Position numbers and translations under genes: made by a program. A stretch of DNA of 33,121 nt from Clostridiales bacterium (GTDB taxonomy: Bacteria > Bacillota > Clostridia > Christensenellales > Christensenellaceae): assembly GCA_003510345.1 (NCBI GenBank), contig DOMW01000201.1:1-33121 (forward strand), read 5' to 3'. Below the pieces are notes generated by a model that was not told the origin of the DNA, did not search any database, and worked only from the letters and a program-made list of their open reading frames with translations. Of this stretch, positions 9,472 to 18,361 are shown piece by piece (the first letter of the stretch is position 1; each line of letters starts with the position of its first letter).

Positions 9472-11118
9472 ATGAAAACTTTGCATATTTATAGGGTTGC
9501 CATAGCTTTGGTTATGATCACAGCACTGGTAACCATTACAGCTTGCGCACAGGGCGGTGAAGTACAGCCCGCCGAAAGCGCCGCAGGCGCGGCGCAAGCG
9601 GAGAATGTAACGGTTGCCCCGCAGGCTGAATTACAGACGCAAAGCGGCCCTGTAAAAGGCGTCGTTCAAGATGGCGTTGGCATATACAAGGGTATACCCT
9701 ACGCTAAGCCGCCGCTCGGGGATTTGCGTTTTGCCCCGCCGCAGGACGCTGAGCCCTGGGCGGATGTGCTGGATTGCAGTGCGTTTGGGGATATCGCCAC
9801 ACAGGACAGCGTTTCTGGCGGGCTTTCGATGTCCGAAGACTGCCTAACGGTGAACGTTTGGACGCCGGCAACCGGCGCGGATGAGAAGCTGCCTGTTTAC
9901 GTGTGGATACATGGCGGCGGTTTCGCCATAGGCAGCGGCGCGGAGGCGGATTACGACGGCGCGAATTTCGCAAAAGAGGGCATTGTGGCCGTTACGCTGA
10001 ACTACAGGCTGAACGCGCCGGGGTTCTTCGCGTCGCAGGAAACGTATGACCAATACGGCACCACCGGCAATTGGGGGATACTGGACCAGATAAAGGCATT
10101 GGAGTGGATTAACGCGAATATCGGAGCGTTTGGCGGCGACAGCAGTAATATCACGATTGGCGGAGAATCCGCCGGTTCTTATTCCGTATCGGCCCTTATC
10201 ACCAGCCCTTTGGCAGAGGGGCTGTTCCAACGCGCGATTATGGAGAGCGGCAGTATATTGGGTATTCCCGGCAATAATTTCTATTCAAAAGGCAATCTGG
10301 AACGCTCCATAGAGTTATGCCGTATGATGGGCTATCCCTTCGGCGCGGAGGATAACGCGGAGGGGCTTAAAACGCTGCGGGAGGCCGATATAAACGTATT
10401 GTCACAGATGAGCCCGTTGCAGCAGGACTTTACGATTACTGTCGCGTTTATGCTTACGCCGGTCTTTGATGGATATGTACTGCCCACCGATGTCTACGGG
10501 GCGCTGCAAAGCGGCGATATCAACAAAGTCGATCTTTTGTGGGGCTACAACGGCTTCGAGGGTTCTTTCTTTATCCCGGCGGATACGGATGAGCTCACCT
10601 ATGAGATGATGGCGGCGCGGATGTACGGCTATGACGACGGCCAAAAAGTGCTGGAACGCTACCCGGTGGACGCCGAACATGACTCCGGCGAGCGGACGCG
10701 GCGGATATTGGGCTATGGTATGCTGGATTCTGTGATGAAACCGTATGCCGACTCGTTGTCCAGAGCCGGGCAAAAGGTGTACGGTTATAAGTTCAATTAT
10801 GCCACGCAGGACAGCATCGAAAGCGGCCTGGGCGCGTATCATGGCAGCGAGATCGCCTATGCGTTCGGAAACCTCCCGGATACGGCAACCGATGAGCAGA
10901 AAGCGGTATCCAAAGAGATGTTCACCCGGTGGGTCAACTTTATCAAAAACGGCAACCCGAATGAAGGGGAAGCGGTAGACGTTGCGTGGCCGGAATATGA
11001 CGCGGACAGCGCACAGATGTTGTTGTTTGATAAGGAGATTGAAACGGCGGAGCTGCCGGATAAAGAGGACTTCGAATTCATGGAGGAGGTTATGTTTGGC
11101 GAAGGGGCGGCGGAATAA
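9472..11118 (+). CDS. Secreted lipoprotein, type-B carboxylesterase/lipase family
   Basis: ATG at 9472 is preceded by GGGAGG; the ORF table starts at 9421. Signal peptide with lipobox LVTITAC. VWIHGGGF oxyanion motif and GESAGS nucleophile elbow. Confidence 0.85.
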   Translation: MKTLHIYRVAIALVMITALVTITACAQGGEVQPAESAAGAAQAENVTVAPQAELQTQSGPVKGVVQDGVGIYKGIPYAKPPLGDLRFAPPQDAEPWADVLDCSAFGDIATQDSVSGGLSMSEDCLTVNVWTPATGADEKLPVYVWIHGGGFAIGSGAEADYDGANFAKEGIVAVTLNYRLNAPGFFASQETYDQYGTTGNWGILDQIKALEWINANIGAFGGDSSNITIGGESAGSYSVSALITSPLAEGLFQRAIMESGSILGIPGNNFYSKGNLERSIELCRMMGYPFGAEDNAEGLKTLREADINVLSQMSPLQQDFTITVAFMLTPVFDGYVLPTDVYGALQSGDINKVDLLWGYNGFEGSFFIPADTDELTYEMMAARMYGYDDGQKVLERYPVDAEHDSGERTRRILGYGMLDSVMKPYADSLSRAGQKVYGYKFNYATQDSIESGLGAYHGSEIAYAFGNLPDTATDEQKAVSKEMFTRWVNFIKNGNPNEGEAVDVAWPEYDADSAQMLLFDKEIETAELPDKEDFEFMEEVMFGEGAAE

Positions 11119-11183
11119 TACCACGGACAAGCAACGATAGATGCGGGCGGTAAGGCGCTGCAGCCACTGTTACACCTATAATG

Positions 11184-11233
11184 AAAAAACAACCCGTTTT
11201 ATGCAATATGTTTGCGGTAACCGGGTTGTTTTT
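11184..11233. terminator. Candidate bidirectional terminator between the convergent esterase and flagellin genes
   Basis: CAACCCG (11190-11196) pairs with CGGGTTG (11222-11228). It is flanked by an A-run on the left and a T-run on the right. The loop is long (25 nt). A second GC-rich hairpin, TCCCCCGG/CCGGGGGA, lies at 11252-11278. Confidence 0.45.
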
Positions 11234-11302
11234 ATTGTCAAGTTGCTTTCATCCCCCGGCCCCATAAGAACCGGGGGATAAGTTTGGTTGTTTGTTATTC
11301 TG

Positions 11303-13228
11303 TTACCGCAGCAATGCCAGTACATTTTGCGGCATCATGGAATTTGCCTGCGCCTGCATAGCGGTCGATACTTTGTTCTGGATATTGTATCTTGTGAAGT
11401 TTAATATTTGTTCCGCCATATCCGCGTCTGAGATCCGGCTTTCCGCCGCCGTCAGGTTTTCCGCCGACTGCCGGATGTTCGAGATCTTGGATTCCAGCCT
11501 GTTTTGCGTCGCGCCCAGCGTAGACCGCTGGTCGGAAACCATTTCGAGCGCGCTTCGTGTGGCTGTGATGGCCCTGCTCGCCCCATCCTGCGTGGAAATA
11601 TCCAGATTGTCGAGCCCCAGGCTCGCCGAGTTCATCGCCCGGATGCCTATCGCGGTTTGCTCGCCTTCCGTCGCGCCGCTCTGTATGCGCATATCGGAAC
11701 CCTGCTGCGCCGCCGTGGGCGTAAAGTCCACGCTCGCCGAGGCGTCGTCAAACAGCATCGTGTTACCGCTCACTTTAGCGCTTGTGCCCTGCGTAAGCGC
11801 GGCGGAAATTTCCCTCATGCCGTTGCCCGCCGCGTGGGTATATGTGTTGGACACCTGCCGCCCCTGCCTGTTTGTCAGGTTCACCGTGATGGTATCGCCC
11901 GCGCGGAGCCGCCCCGGGTCTACCTGCACGGAAGAATTGACCTGCTGCGCCGGGCGGAAGCTGGCGTTTGTTTCGCCCACGCCCGATTGTTTCTGCACAA
12001 ATTTTATTTCGCTTCCCTGTGTGGAGATATTGAATGTATTGCCAAATTCGCCCACTGCCGCGTCGCGCATGGCCTGCAATATCTGCTCGTTGCTGCTTGC
12101 CTCGAACACGCCGATGCCTGCCGCGCCCTGCGTCTTTACCATGCCGCCCGGCAGCACAAGCTCAAACGACCGACCGTTCATACGGAACACGTCGCCCACG
12201 CCAAGACTGCCTCCGCCAAACGAATAGGTCGTCATCTGCGGGCCGGTCGAGTCGTACGCCACGCCCTCGGAAACCATAACGGGCATGGTTGAAATCGCGC
12301 CGCCCGCCGTGCCGGATACCGGCGAAGAAGCGTCCGCCGCCACATAAGACGCGCTTGCGCTTGCGGCATAGCTTTCGATCTCCTGCTGCGAGACGGCCAC
12401 ATTGTTTGCCGCGTCGCCGCCGTTATCAAGTGTGAATTCCAGCACGCCGCTGCCCGAACCCGAAGTGCCCGCGCTTATGCTGTAGCTGTTGCCACCCAAT
12501 GTGACGCTCTGGCCCTGGTAGCTGTCCGCGATACCCTGCGCGAGGTCGGCGGAGGAATAACTCTGCCCCGCATCCAGATTAAGCGCAAGCGTTTCCCCGC
12601 CGATGGAAAGCTGGAACTGCTCGCCCGCGCCCGCGCCGCTGATAGAGAAATTGCTTAGATCCATACTGAACTGCGCCTGCTGCCCATTCGTGATCTGCGA
12701 CGTGTCAAAGCTTGTCTGCTGTGTCATCGCCGCGGTGTTTGCCGCCGGCTGCATGGAAGAATTCACGAAGATCCCTTCCGTCTCAGCCGTGCGTGGTGTT
12801 CCTTGAACGGAAAAAGACCCGTCCAGTATGTTCATATTGTTGAAGTTTGTACGGCTGGAGATATCGTTGATCTCCTGCCTCAGTTGGTTAAACTCGTCAC
12901 TTAATTTTGAACGGTCGGAAGCCGACAAAATTCCGTTCGAGCTTTGCACCGCCAGTTCATTCATGCGCTGCAAAATCGAGTCTGTTTCCTGCATTGCGCC
13001 TTCCGCCGTCCTAACAAGCGACACCGCGTCTTCGGTGTTGCGGGCGGACATGTTAAGGCCGCGCAGTTGAGAGGACATTTTGGCGGAAATCGCCAGGCCT
13101 GCCGCGTCATCCGCAGCACTGTTTATCCGCTTTGCGGATGCCAGTTTTTGCGCCGTGGATGAAAGCATCGAGTTGACTTTCGTGTAATTGTTATACACGT
13201 TTGTCTGGGTAGAATTGTTAATTCTCAT
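11303..13228 (-). CDS. fliC: Flagellin, long form (641 aa) with an expanded central domain
   Basis: N-terminus MRINNSTQTN...RINSAADDAAGLAISAKM and C-terminus QNRLESKISNI...ISDADMAEQILNFTRYNIQ...QNVLALLR are canonical flagellin D0/D1 segments. The ATG at 13228 is preceded by AAAGGAG. Confidence 0.92.
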   Translation of the reverse strand: MRINNSTQTNVYNNYTKVNSMLSSTAQKLASAKRINSAADDAAGLAISAKMSSQLRGLNMSARNTEDAVSLVRTAEGAMQETDSILQRMNELAVQSSNGILSASDRSKLSDEFNQLRQEINDISSRTNFNNMNILDGSFSVQGTPRTAETEGIFVNSSMQPAANTAAMTQQTSFDTSQITNGQQAQFSMDLSNFSISGAGAGEQFQLSIGGETLALNLDAGQSYSSADLAQGIADSYQGQSVTLGGNSYSISAGTSGSGSGVLEFTLDNGGDAANNVAVSQQEIESYAASASASYVAADASSPVSGTAGGAISTMPVMVSEGVAYDSTGPQMTTYSFGGGSLGVGDVFRMNGRSFELVLPGGMVKTQGAAGIGVFEASSNEQILQAMRDAAVGEFGNTFNISTQGSEIKFVQKQSGVGETNASFRPAQQVNSSVQVDPGRLRAGDTITVNLTNRQGRQVSNTYTHAAGNGMREISAALTQGTSAKVSGNTMLFDDASASVDFTPTAAQQGSDMRIQSGATEGEQTAIGIRAMNSASLGLDNLDISTQDGASRAITATRSALEMVSDQRSTLGATQNRLESKISNIRQSAENLTAAESRISDADMAEQILNFTRYNIQNKVSTAMQAQANSMMPQNVLALLR

Positions 13229-13282
13229 GACAATCACTCCTTTGATTTGTGCTCACATCCATGTGAAAAAAACTTCCTTGTT

Positions 13283-13308
13283 TTTTCGGCATATCTTCCT
13301 TGATTTTA
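13283..13308 (-). promoter_or_regulatory. Sigma-28 / sigma-D type promoter for the flagellin gene
   Basis: The minus strand reads TAAA-N14-GCCGAAAA (TAAA at 13308-13305, GCCGAAAA at 13290-13283), compared with the TAAA-N15-GCCGATAA/T consensus. It lies about 55 nt upstream of the start codon. Confidence 0.55.
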
Positions 13309-13824
13309 CCGCATACATATTATACTGCAACGCGGCCTGGTTTACAAGTGTTTTTTTGGAATAAAATGGAATATTTGCGTACATTTTTGCATATTTTATA
13401 AGAAGATGCAGCGGCGTTTTAACTGGATGTTCCACTTATTCCATTTTGTGTAGTTTTTCATATGCATAAATCGGGCCGTGCACCTTCTGCGAGCGGTAGG
13501 TGGGCAAGGGTTGCTTATGTTCCAGTTCTTATGTTCCAGTTAAGGAATGTACTGCACGCGCGCCGCCCACAGGTTCGCCTGCGGAATGGAACCTGTGGGC
13601 GCTGCCACAAATAAAAATTGCCCGGGAATTCACGCGCATTGCTATGAGCCGTACTGCGGTGGCAGCGTAACTATAATTTTTTAGTTACAAGGCTTACCAA
13701 CACTAAACATCTAGATGCATTATATTTTTACATAATCCATATCCACGCGTATACGGTTGCCGCGCAAAAAAGCGGCAGCTCTCTATTTTACGCAAATTTT
13801 GCAATAAACCCCACGCCTATCCTA

Positions 13825-13853
13825 TTGACACGGGTGGTGGGATGTGATTTAAT
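13825..13853 (+). promoter_or_regulatory. Sigma-A-type promoter for the XRE-cupin regulator and pot operon
   Basis: TTGACA (13825-13830), a 17-nt spacer, then TTTAAT (13848-13853), about 100 nt upstream of the ATG at 13955. Confidence 0.5.
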
Positions 13854-13954
13854 AAATATCGCTTGCGCTGTTTAGAATAACTAAACATAAAGTTTATGGT
13901 ATGTGCGGCAAGTTTATGATATGTGCAGTAAACAAGATAAAAGGATAGGGTTTT

Positions 13955-14488
13955 ATGAGTATAGGTAAAAAAATAAAAGCGCTTCGCCAGCAGCTTTCCT
14001 TAACGCAAAGCGAGCTTGCGGACCGCGCGGAGCTATCCAAGGGGTTTATCTCGCAGCTTGAACGCGACCTGACTTCCCCCTCGATTGCCACGCTGACGGA
14101 TATCCTGGAATGCCTGGGAACCGACCTTCGGGAGTTTTTCCGCGATGAAGCGCCGGAAAAAGTGGCATTTTCCGCGATGGACTTGTTTGAAAAGGAACAG
14201 GGCGGGCAGAAGATCCTCTGGCTGGTGCCAAGCGCGCAAAAAAACTCTATGGAGCCTATACTGCTCACGCTTGCGCCGGGTGTGCAGACCGAGGAAGACA
14301 GGCCGCATCCCGGCGAGGAATTCGGGTATGTGCTTTCGGGCGGCGTCACGCTTGTTCTGGGCGCGGGGCGCCACCGCATCAAAAAAGGCGGCAGTTTTTA
14401 TTTTAAAGCGGATCTGCCCCATTTTATCGTAAACACGGGTCAAAAGCGGGCGGAGGTCGTCTGGATCTCCTCCCCACCCAATTTTTGA
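13955..14488 (+). CDS. XRE-family HTH plus cupin-domain transcriptional regulator (PuuR-like architecture)
   Basis: N-terminal HTH (LSLTQSELADRAELSKGFISQLERD) and a C-terminal cupin-like segment (HPGEEFGYVLSG...GGSFYF). Immediately upstream of potABCD. Confidence 0.85.
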   Translation: MSIGKKIKALRQQLSLTQSELADRAELSKGFISQLERDLTSPSIATLTDILECLGTDLREFFRDEAPEKVAFSAMDLFEKEQGGQKILWLVPSAQKNSMEPILLTLAPGVQTEEDRPHPGEEFGYVLSGGVTLVLGAGRHRIKKGGSFYFKADLPHFIVNTGQKRAEVVWISSPPNF

Positions 14489-14500
14489 GGAGCGCAAGTG

Positions 14501-15580
14501 ATGGAACACGCGATCGATTTTACAAATGTGTACAAGGAATTTGACGGCGTGGAGGTGCTTTCCAACATTAACCTCTACATCAAGCAGAACGAATTCATGA
14601 CGCTTCTCGGGCCTTCGGGCTGCGGTAAGACGACCATGTTGCGCATCATCGGCGGGTTTGAGGAACCGACAAGCGGCAACGTACGGCTTTTTGGCGAAAG
14701 CACGCGCGGCATCCCCCCCTACAAGCGCAGGGTGAACACGGTGTTCCAGCGGTACGCGCTGTTTCCGCATCTCAATGTATTTGAAAATATCGCGTTTGGC
14801 CTCAAGCTGAAAAAGATGAACAAAACGGTTGTTAAGAAACGGGTGGAGGATATGCTCAAGCTTGTCGGCCTTAAAAGCTACGGCGGCAGGGACGTATCGC
14901 GTTTATCGGGCGGGCAGCAGCAGCGCGTCGCCATCGCCCGGGCGCTCGTGAACGAGCCGGATGTGCTCTTGCTGGATGAGCCGCTGGGTGCGCTCGACTT
15001 GAAATTCCGGCAGGAGATGCAGCTTGAATTGAAGCGTATGCAAAAATCGCTGGGCATCACGTTTGTATATGTAACGCACGACCAGGAAGAGGCGCTCACC
15101 ATGAGCGACGCCATCGCCGTGATGGATGAAGGCGTGATCCAGCAGGTGGGCACGCCCGAACAGATCTACAACGAACCCAGAAATTCCTTCGTCGCGGATT
15201 TCATAGGGGAATCCAACATCATCGACGGCGTGATGCGCGAAGATTATCTTGTGCACTTCGCGGGCAACGACTTTAAATGCTTGGACCGCGGCTTTGGCGC
15301 AAACGAGCCGGTGCGCGTGGTCGTGCGCCCCGAGGATATCGAGATCACAAAAAACATACGGGAAGGGATGGCCACCGGCACGGTCACGTCCACACTTTTC
15401 ATGGGCGTGCATTACGAGATACGCCTGCGGGGCGAAAATGATTTTGAATGGCTGGTTCATTCCACCGGGCAGTTTAAAGCGGGTGACGAGGTGGGTTTCA
15501 TACTGGAACCGGACGATATCCACGTGATGGAAGTAAGCGCTTACGATACGCTGCGTATCGACGATTCGGAGGCGGTTTAG
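14501..15580 (+). CDS. potA: Spermidine/putrescine ABC transporter ATP-binding protein
   Basis: Walker [10 protein letters not shown], signature [15 protein letters not shown] and Walker [12 protein letters not shown], plus a C-terminal regulatory domain. The GAGGAG ribosome-binding site favours the ATG at 14501 over the GTG at 14498. Confidence 0.88.
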   Translation: MEHAIDFTNVYKEFDGVEVLSNINLYIKQNEFMTLLGPSGCGKTTMLRIIGGFEEPTSGNVRLFGESTRGIPPYKRRVNTVFQRYALFPHLNVFENIAFGLKLKKMNKTVVKKRVEDMLKLVGLKSYGGRDVSRLSGGQQQRVAIARALVNEPDVLLLDEPLGALDLKFRQEMQLELKRMQKSLGITFVYVTHDQEEALTMSDAIAVMDEGVIQQVGTPEQIYNEPRNSFVADFIGESNIIDGVMREDYLVHFAGNDFKCLDRGFGANEPVRVVVRPEDIEITKNIREGMATGTVTSTLFMGVHYEIRLRGENDFEWLVHSTGQFKAGDEVGFILEPDDIHVMEVSAYDTLRIDDSEAV

Positions 15581-15582
15581 AA

Positions 15583-16443
15583 TTGAGGCGGATGCGTAAA
15601 ACAAACGGGTTCCTTTCGGGCAGCAAGGTGTTTGCGATGCCGTATTACGCCTGGCTGGTCATTTTCATTGTGGCGCCGCTCATACTCATCGTAGCATACG
15701 CGTTCACGCGGCAGGGGGCGGGCGGCGTGTCTGTGCTCACGCCGGAGAATATTTTAGAAGCGTTTTCGCCCACCTATATGACGGTGTTTTGGCGCAGCGT
15801 GGCCTACGCGCTGGGCGCGACGGCGATTTGCCTCCTTTTGGGCTACCCGGTGGCGTACATCCTCTCGCGGATGAAGGCAAACACGGCGGCGATCATATCT
15901 CTGCTGTTCATACTGCCCATGTGGATGAACTTTTTGCTGCGCACCTACGCGTGGCGCGCGCTGCTGGATAACGGCGGGTTTGTGAACCAGATACTCACCG
16001 CGCTCGGGTTTCCGCCGATGCAGTTTCTCTATACGGGCGGCGCGGTCATGTTCGGGCTGGTGTATAACTTCCTGCCTTTTATGATACTGCCCATCTATTC
16101 GGTGTTCCAGAAAATGGACGGCTCTTTTGTAACCGCCGCGCAAGACCTGGGCGCAAACAAGTGGCAGACATTCTGGCGGGTCACGGTGCCGCTCACAAGA
16201 AGCGGCATCATATCGGGCGTCACAATGGTGTTTATGCCCGCCATGACCACGTTCGTCATTACGCGGCTTTTGGGCGGCAGCCATTTTATGATGTATGGCG
16301 ATGTGATAGAAATGCAGTTTTTACTGATGAGCGAATGGAATTTTGGCTCGGCCCTCGCGGTGATCATGCTGCTATTGACCATCGTGTTCATGTGGGTACT
16401 GCGAAAATCGGACAAGGAAGGAGAAGGCGCCGCGCTCTTGTAG
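15583..16443 (+). CDS. potB: Spermidine/putrescine ABC transporter permease
   Basis: Six-TM type permease with an EAA loop (AAQDLGANKWQTFWRVTVPLTRSGI). The start codon is uncertain (TTG 15583 or ATG 15592). Confidence 0.85.
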   Translation: MRRMRKTNGFLSGSKVFAMPYYAWLVIFIVAPLILIVAYAFTRQGAGGVSVLTPENILEAFSPTYMTVFWRSVAYALGATAICLLLGYPVAYILSRMKANTAAIISLLFILPMWMNFLLRTYAWRALLDNGGFVNQILTALGFPPMQFLYTGGAVMFGLVYNFLPFMILPIYSVFQKMDGSFVTAAQDLGANKWQTFWRVTVPLTRSGIISGVTMVFMPAMTTFVITRLLGGSHFMMYGDVIEMQFLLMSEWNFGSALAVIMLLLTIVFMWVLRKSDKEGEGAALL

Positions 16444-16461
16444 CGGGCCGGGTGGATTTTT

Positions 16462-17253
16462 ATGCTGCGGTTTATAAAGCGGTTTTACCTCGCTATATTA
16501 CTGGTTTTTATGTATCTGCCCATTGGCGCGCTCATCATCTCCTCGTTTAACGAGTCAAAAAACATGGCGGCGTGGACGGGCTTTTCCACGCGCTGGTACG
16601 AGCAGCTTTTCCATGACCCGGCCATTGCCGAGGTGCTTTGGGTCACCATTTCCATCGCGCTCCTATCCGCATTGATTGCCAGTGTGATAGGCACACTTGC
16701 CGTGATCGGCATGGACAGCCTGCGCAAAAAGCCTAAAAACGCCGTGTTGAACCTCACGTATATTCCGATGGTCAACGCGGATATCGTCACGGGCATCTCG
16801 CTGCTACTGCTTTTTATATTCCTCAATATACCGCGCGGTTACTGGACGATGCTGCTTGCGCACATCACATTCAACATACCTTATGTGATCTTTTCGGTAC
16901 TGCCCAAAATGCGGCAAATGGACAGGAGCACCTACGAGGCGGCGCTCGATATGGGTGCAAGGCCGGCCTATGCCGTGCGCAAGGTTGTGCTGCCGCAGAT
17001 CATGCCGGGCATCGTCACAGGGTTTATACTGGCGTTCACCATGTCGTTCGACGATTTTATGATCAGCTTTTTTACCACGCAGGGTGTGACGCAGAATCTT
17101 TCAACTTATATATATAGCATGGCGCGCGTTGGCCTGAACCCTATGATCAACGCGCTTTCCGCCATCATGTTCGCGGTCGTCATTACGCTGCTCATTGCGG
17201 TAAATGTGCGTTCGCTGAAGAAAAGTAAAAAAACTCTGCAAAGAGAGTATTGA
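16462..17253 (+). CDS. potC: Spermidine/putrescine ABC transporter permease
   Basis: Permease with an EAA loop (EAALDMGARPAYAVRKVVLPQIMPGI). Confidence 0.85.
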   Translation: MLRFIKRFYLAILLVFMYLPIGALIISSFNESKNMAAWTGFSTRWYEQLFHDPAIAEVLWVTISIALLSALIASVIGTLAVIGMDSLRKKPKNAVLNLTYIPMVNADIVTGISLLLLFIFLNIPRGYWTMLLAHITFNIPYVIFSVLPKMRQMDRSTYEAALDMGARPAYAVRKVVLPQIMPGIVTGFILAFTMSFDDFMISFFTTQGVTQNLSTYIYSMARVGLNPMINALSAIMFAVVITLLIAVNVRSLKKSKKTLQREY

Positions 17254-17274
17254 TATTCAGGAGGCTTACTAAAA

Positions 17275-18351
17275 ATGAAAAAAACCGTTTCCGTACTAAT
17301 CGCCGTACTGCTGTTGGCTTTCCCGCTGTTTTCCTGCGCCGCAAACGGCGGGGCCGCCGGGCCCATCACCGTGAATTTTTTGAACTGGGGGGAATATATC
17401 GACCCCACTGTAATAACCGCGTTTGAAGCGGAAAACTCGGGCATTAAAATCAACATGACGACAGTCGATTCCAACGAGGCGATGTATGTGACCGCGTCCA
17501 CCGAAGGCTCGCAGATCGACATCGTGCTGCCCTCTGAATATATGATTCAGCGCATGATGCAGGAAGACATGCTGGCGGAATTTGACAGCGCACGCATGGA
17601 AAACTACCAATATGTGAAGGAATTTGCCGCCGCAAACTGCGGCTATGACCCGGAATGCACCTATTCCATGCCCTATTCATGGGGCACATTCGGCATTTTG
17701 TACAATCCCGAAATCATCAAGAAAGAAGTTACGAGCTGGGATGTGCTGTTTGACGAAGCGTACAGCGGCCGCATCCTAATGTATAACAGCCTGCGCGACA
17801 GCCTGGGCGTCGCCCTGCTAAAGCTCGGATACAGCTTAAACGCGAAGGACCCCGCGGAAATCAGCGCGGCGGGCGACCTGCTGGTAGAGCAGAAACCGCT
17901 TGTGATGGCTTACGGCACGGACGACCTTCGCATGACGATGGCGAACAGTGACGCATCTATCGAGAACAGCGCGGCGGCGGCGGTGATGTATGCGGGCGAC
18001 GCGGCGTATACCATGGCGGATAACGCTGCGCTGAAATATGTGATCCCTGGCGAAGGCGCAAATATTTTTGTGGACGCGCTGTGTATACTGAAAACGTCCG
18101 ACGTAAAGGCAGAGGCGCAAAAGTTCATCGACTTCATGCTGCGCCCGGACATCGCAGCGCTAAACGCTGAGTTCACGGGCTATTCCACGCCGGAAAACGC
18201 GGCTCTTGAGCATGTCGACCCGGCGATGTTGGAAAACAACGCGTTTAACCCGGACGAGGCGGATCTTGCGAACTGCACTTACTACGAGCACTTGAGCCAG
18301 GATGTGCTCAAGCTTTATGAAGAGGCGTGGATGCGGGTTACGGCGGCGTGA
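17275..18351 (+). CDS. potD: Spermidine/putrescine-binding lipoprotein
   Basis: AGGAGG ribosome-binding site. Signal peptide with lipobox LFSCAANG. Periplasmic-binding-protein-like sequence at the end of the potABC operon. Confidence 0.85.
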   Translation: MKKTVSVLIAVLLLAFPLFSCAANGGAAGPITVNFLNWGEYIDPTVITAFEAENSGIKINMTTVDSNEAMYVTASTEGSQIDIVLPSEYMIQRMMQEDMLAEFDSARMENYQYVKEFAAANCGYDPECTYSMPYSWGTFGILYNPEIIKKEVTSWDVLFDEAYSGRILMYNSLRDSLGVALLKLGYSLNAKDPAEISAAGDLLVEQKPLVMAYGTDDLRMTMANSDASIENSAAAAVMYAGDAAYTMADNAALKYVIPGEGANIFVDALCILKTSDVKAEAQKFIDFMLRPDIAALNAEFTGYSTPENAALEHVDPAMLENNAFNPDEADLANCTYYEHLSQDVLKLYEEAWMRVTAA

Positions 18352-18361
18352 GGTTTGCGCC

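Noticed and set aside
11292-12292. 311-aa and 262-aa ORFs on the plus strand, antisense to the flagellin gene.
   Set aside because: The products are Cys/Ser/Arg-rich with no motifs and no ribosome-binding site. The minus-strand frame encodes an unmistakable flagellin.
13462-13614. A 50-codon arginine-rich plus-strand ORF in the structured intergenic tract.
   Set aside because: It has no ribosome-binding site. Its sequence is dictated by the tandem repeat and the 13-bp hairpin it spans.
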